A stretch of 64,000 nt of DNA from the human T2T-CHM13v2.0 reference genome, Homo sapiens, in the NCBI RefSeq assembly GCF_009914755.1, contig NC_060932.1. The stretch is one strand, 5' to 3'. Numbering within the stretch: position 1 is the first letter of the stretch; every line of letters starts with the position of its first letter. The position numbers and the translations under genes were made by a program. Below the pieces are notes generated by a model. The model did no database searches and had not been told where the DNA came from. It saw nothing but the letters and a program-made list of their open reading frames with translations. Positions 1 through 20,736 of the stretch are shown piece after piece.

Positions 1-1318
1 CAAAGTGATGGGATTACAGGCATGAGCCATCGTGCCCGGCCTCGGCTAATTTTTATATTTTTCAGTAGAGACGAAGCTTCACCGTGTTAGCCGGGATGGT
101 CTCAATCTCCTGACCTCATGATGTGCCCACCTCGGCCTCCCAAAGTGCTGAGATTACAGGTGTGAGCCACTGCCCCTGGCCTGACCTTTTCGTTTTCTCA
201 CTGATGCATTCACTCTTTTGTTCAACCCTTATTGAGTTCACGCTATGTGTTTGAAAGTTCTGAGCCCTTGGGGAATGCAGAGTGAACAAGACATTCTCCT
301 TGCCCTCCAGAAGTTAAATATAGCAGAGAAAGTGGGTACAGTCGGAAATTATTCTCTCTCTTGTTTCTTTTCTTTTTTTCTTTTCTTTTTTTTTTTGAGA
401 TGGAGTCTTACTCTGTTGCCCGGTTAATTTTCGTATTTTTAGTAGAGATGGGGTTTTGCCATGTTGGCAAGGCTGGTCTCGAACTCCTGACCTCAGGTGA
501 TCCGCCCGCCTTGGCCTCCCAAAGTGCTGGGATTACAGGCATGAGTGATCATGCCTGGCAGTTGGCTAATTTTTCTTTTTTGGCGCAATCTCAGCTCATT
601 GCAACCTCTTCCTCCCGGTTTCAAGCGATTCTCTTGCCTCAGCCTCCTGAGTAGCTGGGATTACAGGCAAGCCCCACCACACCCAGCTAATTTTTGTATT
701 TTTAGTAGAGACATGGCTTCACCATGTTGGTCAGGCTGGTCTCGAACTCCTGGCCTTGTGATCTGCCCGCCTCGGCCTCCCAAAGTGCTAGGATTACAGG
801 CTTGAGCTACCACGCCTGCCCTAATTTAAAAAATTTTTTTGCAGAGCTGGGGTCTCGCTATGTTGACCAAGGTGGTCTCAAACTCCTGGACTCAAGTGGT
901 TCTCCCACCTTGGCCTCCCAGAACACATTACAAGCATAAGCCACTGCACCTAGCCAAAAAACTCTTTGTCTCCTGATCTGTTGCCCTCATTATACCTAAA
1001 TAAAAATGAAACCTGGCCAGGTGCAGTTGATCACAACTATAATCCCAGCACTTTAGGAGGCTGAGGTGAGAGGATTGCTTGAGTCCAGGAGTTGGAGACC
1101 AGCCTGGGCAACATGGCAAAACCCCATCTCTACAAAAAACACAAAAATTAGCCAGGCATGGTGGAGTATGCCTTGGAGTCCCAGCTACTCAGGAGGCTGA
1201 GGCTAGAAGATCACTTGAGCCTGGGAGGCAGAGGCTGCAGTGAGCCATGATTGTGCTACTGCACTCCAGCCTAGGTGACAGACGGAGACTCTGTCTCTAA
1301 ATAAATAAATAAATAAAT
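1..1318. mobile_element. Alu cluster: minus-strand pieces (1-180, 370-955) and plus AluJ (1014-1318) with (TAAA)n tail
   Basis: Canonical Alu arm motifs. Confidence 0.9.
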
Positions 1319-1329
1319 CCTATTTTAAA

Positions 1330-2640
<1,311 letters not shown>

Positions 2641-3122
2641 AATCCTGTGCATTTAGTTCTTTCCTGGTTTTTTGTCTGTTTATGGGTTGGTTGGCATATT
2701 GGTTTCTAGGGCTGCCACAGCAAAGTATCGCAGACTGGGCCATTTCTCCAAATACGGTCACATTCCAAGGTACCGGGGGTTAGACTTCAACATAGGAATT
2801 TTAGTCAGACATTACTCAGCTTATAACATTTGGTTTACCAGAAAAATCAGCACGCAATTTGGCAAAAGTCTGTGTGTTCTAAATCCAGAGGATCTAGGCT
2901 TAAAAGAAGCAAACAATAACAAAAATTAAGAAACAAACAAGATTATGATTCCCACCCACCCCGATGAGTGGGGAGCCCAGTCTAAACTGTGCAGTGGGTC
3001 GAGCTCACCCTCAATTCATGACCTCTTTCCCTTCCAGGACATCCTCAGGCCAGCGGCAGCTTTATTTACCATGGTATGTATAATGTGCTTATAGTCAACT
3101 TATAATTTAAAATTTTACTTTT

Positions 3123-3410
3123 AGCCAGGCACGGTAGCTCACACCTATAATCCCAGAACGTTGGGAGGCTGAGGCAGGCAGATGGCTTGAGCTCAGGAGT
3201 TTGAGACCAGCCTGGGCAACTGAAAATAAAAAAATTAATTGGGCATGGTGGTGCACACCTGTAGTCCTGGCTACCTGGGGGGCTGAGGTGGGATGATTGC
3301 TTGAGCCCAGGAGGTAGATGTTGCAGTGAGCCATGATCACACCACTGCACTTCAGCCTGGGCAAAAGAGTGAAACCCTGTCTCAAAAAATATAAATAAAT
3401 AAATAAATAA
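3123..3410 (+). mobile_element. AluJ
   Basis: Alu dimer with GCTTGAGCTCAGGAG and A-rich tail. Confidence 0.9.
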
Positions 3411-4369
3411 ATTTAATATCCTGAAAAGTGTCCTCTTATAATTTGTTAATTTATTAAAAATTTATTACTTTGACCCTCAAGCTAAGCAGATACAGTACTG
3501 AGAGAGTTCAAGTTCTCAAAAATTGTCTTCTTTGTTTCACAGTATTGCCAGTTCTACATTTAATCCAAAGTTTCACTTTTAAAAAAAACATTTAAACCAG
3601 ATCAGAAACAAAATTTCTTCTTCATTTATTTTCATCTGACTTTTTTTAGAAACTAGTATTCATTAGACTGAAACTTGTCAGCAACCTCAAAGTCAACCAG
3701 AAAGTTATTTTTAGAAAAAAAATTATCTTCTAATGAATTTATAGCTTGATTTGATGGTTAACCAGATACTTTGTTTCTTTTCTTTCCTAGTCTCTCTTTT
3801 CTCCTTGTGTCACGGTGTTTGAAAAAGACCAAAGAGTATTCCCTCCCGCTTGGGTTTCTGTATCCTAAGGAGGCAGTATGTAGTGTAGAGACTGTTACCC
3901 TATAACATTATATTATATAATGTTATAAAGGCAGCTGCAGAGGTGTCTTGTTTGGGGATGTCACCACATTCATTTGCATTTCACACTGGATAACACAAGT
4001 GTGCAAGTGTGTTATTTGATCTTCTGGCCAAAGCTAATTTTTGTTTGTCAGGACAGATTTTTCACAAAGTTTCTGTGCATCAGGTCAGCTGACCAAGCTG
4101 GGGGTGGGGTGGGATGGGGGAGTGCTCAGTCGATGAGCTGGGCTGTGAGCTGGGCTGTGAGCTGCACTCTCACCTGCCAGCTGTGTTGTTAGCGGCAAGT
4201 TGCTCAATCTCACCGACATTCCATTTCCTCTGCTACAAAACGGGGATCATTTCTACCTGTCAGAGCACTTGGCACACAGCAAACACTTAACAATAACTTC
4301 ACGTTGAATAAATATGGGAATGAAAAAGAGATAATGTATGCAAATACTTGGGCACCTTGCCTCTAGGAT

Positions 4370-4856
4370 GCACCAGGTCTTCTTGCTGTGTCCTCACTTG
4401 GCAGAAAGAGGGAGGGACAGAGCTCTGAGGTCTCTTTCTTTTCTTTTCTTTCTTCCTTTTTTTTTTTCTGAAGCAAGGTCTTGTTCTGTCACCCAGGTAG
4501 GAGAGCAGTGGCATAATCACAGCTCACTGCAGCCTCGACCTCCTGGGCTCAAGCAATCCTCCTGCCTCATTTTATGATTTTGCTAAAGAGACAAGGTCTC
4601 ATTATGTTGCCCAGGCTGGGCTTGAACTCCTGGGATCAAGTAATCCTTCCGCCTCGGCCTCCCAAAGTACTGGGATTACAGGAGTGAGCCACTGCACCTA
4701 GTGAGGTCTCTTTCATCAGGGCACAAATCCCATTGATGAGGGCTCCACCCTCATTACCTAATTACCTTCCCAGACCCCACCTCCTAATACCATTACACTG
4801 GGATTAGGATTTCAATATATGAGCTTTGAGACAACACAAACATTCAGTCCATAACA
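4370..4856 (-). mobile_element. MaLR LTR (MST/MLT1-type) interrupted by AluJ (4440-4700)
   Basis: GAGGGCTCCACCCTCATTACCTAATTACCTTCCC...CATTCAGTCCATAACA. Alu TSD TGAGGTCTCTTTC at 4426-4438 and 4702-4714. Confidence 0.8.
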
Positions 4857-5750
4857 ATAGATAAAAGATAAAGTAACTGCTATAAGAGCATAAGGTAGAA
4901 ATTGGAGGAACTACAGTCCATTTCCTGTGGACAAACACTCCCCTATCCTTATCCTGATATGATAAGTCACACAGCTGTCATTCTTTCTTTTTATTTCATT
5001 TTGCACATAGGGCTGATGTGGAGTTGTGGAGCCGGACTCTTTGTCCTGCAGTTGTATTTGCATTTCCTCCCCCCATCAGTGAGCTGCCCCTCACCTGCCA
5101 TGGCTGGAAGACAAAGTCTGAGTGGACAACACTCCACCCAAGATGGGCAGCGAGTGCCATCCCACGTGAATAGAAGGGCATTTCCTTCCCTTCTGGAGTT
5201 CCTTGAGTATGAGTTATATTGAGTATTATTCCACGCAGACTGGAGGCATTCAGACTCTGAGGCTGAATTAGACACAGTAGGAATGGTTTGAAAGGTTGAA
5301 AACAGAATGCAAAGTTCTTTTCTCTACCCAAGTGAACCATTCCTTGCAAGTCCCTGTATTTTCTCCTCTTCCCTTCTACCTCCTCTCCTTCTCCTTGGAG
5401 AAGTTCCCATGAGCCAAGCTACGTTAAGTCCTTTATGTGTAGTATCTAATTTAATCCTCAGGCCAGTCTTATGAACCCCAACCCCATGAAATCCAAACCC
5501 TCAATGCCCAGGAATAGTGCAACCCTAGTGATGCCCCACGATGATTCTGATAATCAGTCCCCTCCCTGCCCCTGCCAGCCACCAGCAGTGACTCTCCACT
5601 GCTCATTAAATGGCATGTCAACTCCTTGCCTCCATATCGAAGATTCTGCACAATCTGGCCTCCCACCTGTCACCTTTATTTTCTAATTTCACCTCAATCC
5701 TTTCCCATGGCTGGCCCACTTTTCAAAACTTCTTTCCCAGACATTACACT

Positions 5751-5751
<1 letters not shown>

Positions 5752-5784
<33 letters not shown>

Positions 5785-6140
5785 CCTTACACACATACAC
5801 TGGTATCTGCATGCACTCAAACCTACATATACTCATATAACACCTCCCACATACATCCTTGCATGCCAACACTCCTGCATGCACACATACAAACACCCTT
5901 ACACACAACACAGCCCTGCACACACACACTCTTACCCACACAGGTATTCTACATACACCTGTGTGTGTATATATATATCCCTGTATGCACACTCCATACA
6001 CACAGCTCTGCACACGTACCTGTATTTGCACACAAAATACCATATACCTACACACATACAAATACCATCCCTACACCCCTAAACACACACTCTACATACA
6101 CACACATACCTGTACAGATACACACAAACACACACACACA
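5752..6140. repeat. (CA)n microsatellite followed by degenerate CA/TA-rich low-complexity tract
   Basis: Pure CA run at 5752-5783, then CA-rich degenerate sequence. Confidence 0.95.
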
Positions 6141-6408
6141 AATATGCCAATATTTGTTTGCGTAAGGATGAAAAATGGAAGAAACTAGGGCCAAATATTA
6201 TCATTTAACAATCCCAGTGACTAAGGGAAATCTTTCTTTGTTAAATTGTTTGTTTCTTTTTCTTTTTTAAAGAGTTGTTTGGCAATAAATGTACACTGAA
6301 AGGAAAAAGATTGTTTGAGCTAAGGTAATTGGGAAGCATTTATGCAGAGGAGACATTTTAGGCTCCCTAAATAAGATGGTGTAAACCGATATTAAAAAAA
6401 CAAAAAAG

Positions 6409-7108
6409 AGGCTGGGCACAGTGGCTCACATCTGTAATCCCAGCACTTTGGGAGGCCAAGGTGGGCAGATCACTTGAGGTCAGTAGTTTGAGACCAGCCT
6501 GGCGAAACCTTGTCTGTACTAAAAAAAAAATTAGCCAGGTGTGGTGGCGTGTGCCTGTAATCCCAGCTACTTGGGAGGCTGAGGCAGGAAAATCACTTGA
6601 ACCTGGGAGGTGGAGGTTGCAGTGAGCCAAGATCTCAACACAGCGCTTCAGCCTGGGCAACAGAATGAGATTCCCTTTCAAAAAAAAAAAAAAAAGAAAG
6701 AGAAGAGGGAAGGGGAGGGGAGAGGGAGGGGAGGGAAGAGGAGGGGAGGGGAGGGGAGGGAAGAAAGCAGCCCAGCACAATGGCTCACACCTGTAATCCC
6801 AGCATTTCACAGGAGGATCACTTGAAGCCAGGAGTTTGAGACCAGTCTGGGCAACATAGGGAGACACTGTCTCTACAAAAAAACAAAACAGCAGCAAATT
6901 AAATTAAATTAAATTAAATTAAAAGTAAACAAAAACAGCTGGGTGTGGTAGTGCACACCTGTAGTCCCAGCTACTCAGGAGGCTAAGCCAGACGATCGCT
7001 TGAGCCCAGGAGTTGGAGGCTGCAGTGAGCTATGATTGCACCACTGCACTTCAGTCTGGGCAACAGAGCAAAGTCCTGTCTCTGAAAAAAAAGAAAAAAA
7101 AAAAAAGA
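6409..7108 (+). mobile_element. Two tandem Alus with GA-rich tract between them and (AAATT)n in a linker
   Basis: Alu 6409-6700 and AluJ 6768-7108. Confidence 0.9.
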
Positions 7109-7921
7109 GGAAGATAACAGATGTATGTGTTCTTCATTTTATTTTATTTTTTTTAAAGGATTCAGAAAACTGAATGCATGGAATTTGTTTTGCTTTATCA
7201 CAATGTGAAAGTGTTGCCATTCCTTTTCATGTGAAGCTGCTCTTATTATTATTATTAGATTACTGATGAGTTTTTGCAATGTATCACTTTTGTATGGCTC
7301 AAGGCTAAAGAGGTTTTTCAATAGAGCGAGTGCTACCCCGACTTTGCCAAACAATGGTAAAATATATCAATTTAATCAAGAGACATCTTCCTCATATCAT
7401 TTATTATCATCTACTTAAGAAGGGGTAATTACGAGAGTTTCTGAGAGTTCTGAGATAAGGCTTGACTGGATGCTGTGTATACTTTCTGAGTTATCATTGC
7501 ATAGAATTAACTTCTCACTTCAAAAAGAATTATAGCAGACACCTTTATATTTGGACAAATATAACTTGTTATCCTCAAATCTATGTGTTTAATATTTGTG
7601 AAGAGAAAAGTACCATGCACAATAAAACCATTTCCGACGTGTCAAGTTTTATAGTGAGTCACGGGTCTGTCTACTCAGATAAATGCAACAGGACATCCTG
7701 TAGTCACTGTGCAGTTTTTCCAATGCTTCTAATTTTTTCTTTTGGCCCTGTATGAGATGCAAAGGCAACCACATTTTAGCCAAAGACTAAAACGTTATAA
7801 TTATAGTTGCAATTTTGCACAAAAAGAAAGAATTTTAAACGCACTGTTGAAGGATACTATTTCTGATAAAATCCCCACAAACTAGATTTTTATTTTAGAG
7901 TACAAATCCTCTTTTTATTGA

Positions 7922-8263
<342 letters not shown>

Positions 8264-9051
8264 TCACACCCACTCTTGACATTGGTTTTGGCTATTACTT
8301 TTTGTTTTTAATGGGAAAATAGGTACTTCTCTAAAAAGCTAAAAGGTATATACTTTTGTTTTGGTAACATGCTATTTTACTCAGAGTTCTCATATCGATT
8401 TTGATATGATTTTCTGTTTCTTCCCAATAGAATGGTGAGAGAATCATCAGATAAATAGGCAACAGCTTACTGGGCTACCAGCCAAAATGGTAGAGGATTT
8501 GCAAGAATAGGACAAAAGTCAGCTAATATGTATAGAAAGAAGAAATAATTAACAAATTAATGAATTATTATTTTGGTTTTGCTTAAAGAATTAAATTTGT
8601 GGTTTCTTTAGCTAGTGATGATGATAGAGACTTAATAGTCTTAACAATTAGGTTTCACTTCACTTTCACAAGTGTTCTCAAATTTCTTAAGCATTTTATT
8701 TCATACCAGAAAGTTACATTCACCACTCTAATCCATAGGACAAAGGATGAATGCGTAATCAGTTCACTGTGATTAAACATTTGACTGTTGATATTAATAT
8801 ATTACACAAAGGCAATACATGAATTTGAGAATTATTTTTTCCTGACAATTACTGGCTGTGTGATATTTGGCAAGTTACTTCTCTGAGCTTTACTTCCTCA
8901 TCTGCAACCTAGGAATTAACAATACCAATTACAAATCATTGTGTGAGAAGAAAATACAACAACATAGAGCAAGTATTGTGGTTGGCACGTAATGAGAAAA
9001 AGCAAGCATGTGGTAACTGGAGGATCATGAGCTCTGGGGTCAAAAAGGCAT

Positions 9052-9867
<816 letters not shown>

Positions 9868-10223
9868 CTATATTCCATCCCAGAACAACAGATTTGCTAG
9901 TTTAATGATATCAGATGAGGATATTTTACATCTCTGCACCTCAGTTTCTTTATAGTGAGAAGAAACAAAAAATGAGCATGTGAAGCACCCAGTATCCACC
10001 TAGCTGTGGTGGCAGCTGCTGTGTTCCTTCTCCTGCACTTTCTTAGCTCTCTGATTCTCTAGCTATGACATTAAAGTGAAAAATGGCAACAAAACAACTA
10101 TTTTTATTGGAAAGAAAAAAATAAGTTGTAGTATTATCATACAGAGATTATTTCAGTCTGTGAGAGGAACCACAGTATCCCCCCAAATAAATCATAGCTT
10201 CAAACAGATGAAGCTTATATTAA

Positions 10224-10647
<424 letters not shown>

Positions 10648-12169
10648 CTGATATTTGTAGCTTTCACTTACTTCCATTTTATCACCAACCCTATAGCTAG
10701 TTATTAGCCATTCAACATTGTTTATGTTGGCTAGGCCACCGTTCGATTAGTACAATGCCAGGCATGCAAAATGTGTAAATTAATGAAAAAGCTGGAAACA
10801 ATCCAATTTTCTGAAAACATGTAGTGTCTTGGAATTCTCTGCTTCTTGACAGAAGAGCTTTGCCAATTACTGCCTCGGACTTAAAACCTACTGCTCAGAA
10901 ACTTAGTCTGAAGCCTCCAGCTATTTCCAATAGAGCCTTCTCAGGGGTCCCCATTTCTTATTCCTGTTTCCACACTTAAGTGACACATGTATCATCATAC
11001 GTGGATGTATATGTGTATATCTATATATACATACATAGTACGGCCTCTTTAATTTATTTTAATACATTGTCCTAAAATTTGAATTTTTTCCCCTCAATCT
11101 GTGTTTAGCATAAGGTATTTGATTACTATAGCTTATTTGATTAGTTCTCAATCCTTTCCTGAACCCATCTCTCTGGGACACCTTTCTCTTAGGGTTGAAA
11201 ACTGGGTACTGCCAAAGGGATAAGTTAAAATTGAAAAATACTCTCTTACAACAGTTTGCACTTTATCAGAAATGTGCCTTATTCAGCCATATATTTTAGC
11301 AGTATTCTAAGTTTTCAGGTTCAGATCACAAAATATTCTTCAAGGAACTTCAGAAGATTTCATATTAGTTTTCTAGTCCCTGTAAGATTTTCTTTTGTTT
11401 AGCATGGGTATCTAGTTGGAATGGCTCATAAAGGATGGTGGAGGTTTAAGTTTCTTCATCCTGGCAAGCTTCTTACCCCTTTTTTTGTATGCAGATGCCC
11501 CTCAAGTGTTTTTCCTTATTGAAAAGCAGCCTCCGAATTGGCCTAAGCAAAATTACTGCTTTACACTGCCCAGTTCATTGCTCCAGGGCATGGTGAATCA
11601 TTTTCTTAGGTAAAATGCCCTGAACTGGCAACGAAAGTCCTCACACTCAGTGCTCCTCTAAGAAGTATAGCATTTGAGACCTGGAGGTTACTACAGATGC
11701 CATCCGGACCAACCCCACCTCTTAAAAATGAGCAAATCTGGGTTTCACAGATAATACATGGTGGAGCTAGGGCCAGCACTGACATCTTATAATTCCCATA
11801 CAATATTCTTTTACTCAGAGAAAGGTTATTTTTGTGGCTAACTGACACCCTAGAGAACTTAGCCTTTAATCAATTTATAAAACCATAAAATTATTTTGTT
11901 TATAAAATTAATCTTTAATACATTGAAAAATGCATTCATCTAACAGACATTCACTGGACACCTTTGTGCCTGGCACCGAGCCAGGCACATGAATGTAAAG
12001 GTGGGCAAGGGTCTGTCCTCAACTTTAAAAGCTCAGGATCCTCTTGGATGTGCCTGTGAAACCCTGACTTGGGATGTGGCCATGTGCATGTGCATGTGAG
12101 ATAAAGAGATGACAGATGAGGTGGCTCATCTTTGAACGATGGCACAGAGACTGTTGGGAAGCACCCTGG

Positions 12170-12355
12170 TTCTGGCTCAGGAGGCCTGAATTGAGGCGCA
12201 GCCCCTCACTCACCAGCTATGTGACCTTGAGCAAGTCTTATCATTTTATCCGTAAAATGAGGTACAGAGTAGCCACACTGGTATGGCTTTGAGGATTAAA
12301 TGACATACATGTAATGCCCCTTGGATGATACCTATCACACAATAAATGTTAGTTA
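12170..12355 (+). mobile_element. MIR
   Basis: Core CCAGCTATGTGACCTTGAGCAAGT...CCGTAAAATGAGG...GAGGATTAAATGA. Confidence 0.75.
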
Positions 12356-13199
12356 CTTTCTCCCTTGTTGAAAAACTGGGTGGAAATCACATCCACCCTC
12401 TCGGCCTTGTAGATTTATCAAAATTATTGAAATTATACATTCTAAAATAATTTGTAAAATATTAGTCTCTTTTACCCCAATATTATTACAACCACCATCT
12501 TACTCCTTGTTTCTTTCCAGCCCAAGCATTCCAACCACTTAAACAAAATCCATCTGTGTGGCCCCAACTAGCCTTAAAGCCCACCAAGACCAGAAAAATA
12601 AGAGGTAGGAGTTTAAACCAAGTCAGAAGTTGTGTTTCTATGTTCCTGACCGTATCTCTATTGGTCCAGTCAATTTTTCATTTACTAAGCTCCAACACAG
12701 ATTACATAGTAATTGAATTTCATCATCAGTCTACTTTTGTCAAGATTTTATTTTTGTTTTATTTCTCAGGGAGCTTATTCAAAGATTGGCCTATATTTAT
12801 AATAAAAATACATTTAGCATTAAGTACAATACTTTTGTACTATGTTGAACCATGTACATTTGCCAATGTTCAATTATTTTTAACCTGTAAAAATGACAGT
12901 TGTGGTGCTTGCCCTGAGCCGAATGAGCTCAGTCCCTGAGGCATGTCATGGAAGCTCTTGGAATCTCAGGTTCTCGTGCCCAACCATAGAAGCTGGCACG
13001 AATGTGTTCCATTCCTGGAGCTTACAAGAAGAACACTGACCCCATTCCCTACATCATAAAAGGCCCTGCTCTGCGTAGGCCCTCCTGTCAGGAGAGAAGT
13101 CTGTGGATTTGTGTTCTTCTGGAGCTCATGAACCTTCCCAGGCCATGCTCTATGCACCACAAACCCCAAAGTCCCTGCCCATGTGTTCATGGGCAGACC

Positions 13200-13535
13200 A
13201 GGTATTTTGTAGATGAGATTAACATTTAATTCAGTAAATATTAAGCAAGGCAGATTACCCTGCATAACGTGCGTGGGTACAATCCAATCAGCTAAAGGTT
13301 TTAAGAGAAAAAGACTGAGGTTCTGTGAAGAAGAGGGAATTCCGTCAGTAGACTGCCTCTGAACTTGAGTTGCCACATCAACTCAGCCTTGGGTCTCCAG
13401 CGTGCTAGCTTGCCTGGTAGATTCCAGACTCACTACCCCCAAAATCACATGAGTCAATTCCTTAGAATAAATCTCTCTCTTCTGAATAGAGATATCTCCT
13501 ATGGATTCTGTTTCTCTGGAGAGCCTTGACCAATA
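13200..13535 (+). mobile_element. MLT2 (ERVL) LTR fragment
   Basis: GATGAGATTAACATTTAA...GGGTCTCCAGC...AATAAATCTCTCTC...TCTGTTTCTCTGGAGAGCC. Confidence 0.85.
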
Positions 13536-13550
13536 AAAAGGTACATTTAA

Positions 13551-14212
<662 letters not shown>

Positions 14213-14489
14213 ACCTTTGCCACTTGATATACACAGATGAGACACATGGTACTTGGACCTCCATTTTTACTCTCAACAAATCGCCCCGCAAGTATTAGGG
14301 TTGAGCCTGAATATTTCCACAGTTCCCACTTTATGGAATACACAGGACGTATGTATGAGTGCTCTCAAGGTAGCTAACATCCCAGAAAGCTCCAGAAGAA
14401 TCTGTACAATGGAAGGAGATGAGGAGAGGGAGTGTGGCAGCACAGCAGAAAGGCCATAGGCCTGGCCAGCTAAGCCCACAGTCAGATCT

Positions 14490-14690
14490 TGACTCGATCA
14501 CTCACTAGCTGTGAGTAACCTGTGTGATCTCGGAAAACTTTCTTAACCCTTCTGTGACTCAGTTGCATTGAAAGTAAGACAGGGTTAATAGCATGTTCCT
14601 CAAAGATTACTGTGAGAATTATGTGTGTGTATAAAATGTACAGAAGTGACTTGCCCAGCCCGTGAGGCAGATTGAAGACTCAATCACCAT
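14490..14690 (+). mobile_element. MIR
   Basis: TGTGTGATCTCGGAAAACTTTCTTAACCCTTCTGTGACTCAGTT...TGTGAGAATTA. Confidence 0.6.
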
Positions 14691-14769
14691 TAGGTTTTTC
14701 ACCACAAACCAAGCAAAATATTGCCTCTCTGGGTTCCGACACAGTAGGCGTTTCCCCTTACACCATACT

Positions 14770-15610
<841 letters not shown>

Positions 15611-16735
15611 TCTGTCGTTGTGGCCGGAGCCACCCCAAAATACTCTCAATATCGTGTATACTCATAGTATTAGCCAACCTCCTACTCCTGCTTCCACCTC
15701 CTCCTCCACCTCATGCCATCACTTTTCTCCTTAGATTGGGAACACTGGGCCACTTGGCTACCTTCCCAGCACCTGTGTGAGCTAGATGTGGGTCATTTTA
15801 TAGATGAGCAAACAGAGTCCTGTTGAGTAGTTTTTCCAGTAATCACAGGTACAGAAAGAACCTCTTCTGACATCCTTGGGTCATGTAAGCAAGCAATTCA
15901 GGTTCAAAATCATATGAGTTCAGTCAAAACTCTCCTGCTGGGTTGGAAGGTAAATGAATACAGCTCCCTTTCTGACTTTATGAGTGCAAGTTTTTCCACT
16001 TGTAACTTTGCATCCTGTCCACAATCTGATTTGAAGAATCCCTAACTAAGAACCAAATACCATATGTCATAGGACAGTTGTATTTTTTAGGATAGTGGTA
16101 TTCTTGGAGCTTAAGAATAACTAATCGAGATAAACAGGACTTCCGTGGGACAGACACACATAAACCATTCAGATCAACGAAAGGACGTGCCCGGAGTCAG
16201 AGAAAACCGTAGCCTACCCTGGGATGAGCTTTACTTTGTAGAGTGTGGCTGAGATTTTACTGAGTCACCTGGAGCAATGCTCTGCATTTTCTGGACTTTT
16301 CTGGAGGTGGAAGTAAGGAATGGAAAGTGACTATAATGAAGCCATCAAGGTGTCCTTAGCACTGTTGCTGGGCACATGCTATCACTAGCTTATGGGTCTG
16401 GGAAAACCAGCCAATGAGGTTCATATTAAAGCATACCTACACCTCTTTACCCATAATTCAAGCTGTCTTACGGGGTATGAACATCCAGCATTTCTGAATT
16501 TAGTTTGGGGTGACGGTGAAGTAACAACCAGCTTGGTGGCTCTGAGAGGTCCTATTGATTTCTGTGAAATATCTCTTGTCTTACAGCAATGCTGGCCACA
16601 TACAAGAAGTGGTAATAACTACATCATACTATGAGGCTTGAGCACTAGGAGGGATTCAGCCAATGCCACCTGCCAAGCCAAAAACTAGAAGCAGCATTTG
16701 AAGCTGCGTTTATTCAAAGGCAACATAGATAGACA

Positions 16736-18253
<1,518 letters not shown>

Positions 18254-18384
18254 TTAGGGTGATGATGAAACAACGGCTAGCTTGGTGGCTCTGAGAGGTC
18301 TCTATTCACATCAATAGCTGTGTCTTCTGCTTGACAGCTGGTCCCAGGTGCAGCTTTCAGCAAATCCATCACCTGGGTATATGA

Positions 18385-19429
<1,045 letters not shown>

Positions 19430-19502
19430 TGAGGGCTTGAGGAAGGTGGACGTTGTTCAGAGAGGTGAGCTCCAGGCTAGGGGAGGGCGGAGCACACTCC
19501 AC

Positions 19503-19692
19503 CAGTGGTTCCCAAACTTGGCTGCTCATTGGAACCACCTGGCAAGGTTTTCAGTCTCTGATAATTGGGGTTCCCCTCACCATCCCCATCCCCCAAAGAC
19601 TTTGATTTAACTGGTCTAGGTAGGGCCTGGGCATGGAGATATTTTAGCAGCTCAGGTGATTCTAATGTGCCCCCAGGGTTGAGCACCACTAC
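19503..19692. mobile_element. MER5A hAT-Charlie element
   Basis: CAGTGGTTCCCAAACTTGGCTGC...GGTGATTCTAATGTG...GGGTTGAGCACCACT, with terminal inverted repeats. Confidence 0.8.
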
Positions 19693-19974
19693 TCTGTATT
19701 ATTTGCTACTTGGTAGTTAGGTCTGTGGCCAAGTTGGCAAGAGTTAGGTGGAAGAATACTAGAAGAGGCAGCAGGGGCAGCCCACACAGTGGCAGTGGGA
19801 TGGGTTGCAGCACAGATGATTTGGTGGACCAACATGAACAGGTGAGCAGCATGACCAATCCTGGCCTCAAGCACCATGACCACGCATGAGATGATGATGG
19901 CGGTGCTAATGAAGAAGTTCCTAGAGGTCAGATATTTCATTTTCCCACAGTGGATGATGGGATGCTCTTGTATG

Positions 19975-20736
19975 CTGCGTCCCATTATTTGTGGTAGTTA
20001 TGTTCTATAGTCACTGTGAACACTGAATTAGCGAATACCGAGTCACTGCTTCTTAGGTTCCTGTGAGTCTCTGGACACAACATTTTCATTACATTATGAT
20101 TAATACATAACCTTATATGGTGTGTGTTTCTGTTTAATGGACACCTTATTTAATATATGGCTGATTCATTACATTGAGTTCACAACCAATAGCACAGTAG
20201 CTCCTGCCTGCAGGACGGTTCTCCAGTGGGCACGCCACAGCCTCTGGTGCTTAGCAACAACAGACAGCACTTTAGCAAGCTCTACGCTTCGGGCCATTTA
20301 TTTTTATTTTTATTTTTTTTAATTTTTTTATTGTGGGGGGGGTCTCACGATATTGCCTAGGATGGTCTTGAACTCCTGAGCTCGAGCAATCCTCCCACCT
20401 CGGCCTCCCAAAGTGCTGGGATTACAGGCATGAGCCACTGAGCTCAGTCGCTTGGGGGCCATTTTAAACAGCAAAATCACCAACAAAAAGCACAGAAGTG
20501 TGGAAAGCATAAACTAAATGGACAGCAAAAAGAATACAAGAAGGCAGAGCATCGCCTTGTTCCACTATAGCTGGGAGGGTGTGCGTGGGGCAACTCAAGA
20601 TTTTTACTGCTCTGGGATGTGCATATCTATGAGTGACTGGGAAAACACCTCAAGTATTGATTTTGAGATTACAAATACATTTTAGCAAGTAGATAAGTTC
20701 ACAAATATGATATCTGCAAAAATGAGGATACACTGT
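19975..20736 (+). mobile_element. MER82-like TcMar-Tigger DNA transposon with inserted Alu monomer (about 20300-20448, minus)
   Basis: GTGGTAGTTATGTTCTATAG...GAATTAGCGAATAC, with end AATGAGGATACACTGTA. Imperfect TSD GCTT(C/GG)GGGCCATTT around the Alu monomer. Confidence 0.7.

Noticed and set aside
5626-6188. His/Thr-rich ORFs
   Set aside because: Translation of the CA-rich low-complexity tract.
19689-19985. 98-aa minus-strand ORF that looked like a possible processed-pseudogene fragment
   Set aside because: No protein I recognise, no poly(A) or TSD. A tblastx/Dfam search would be needed.
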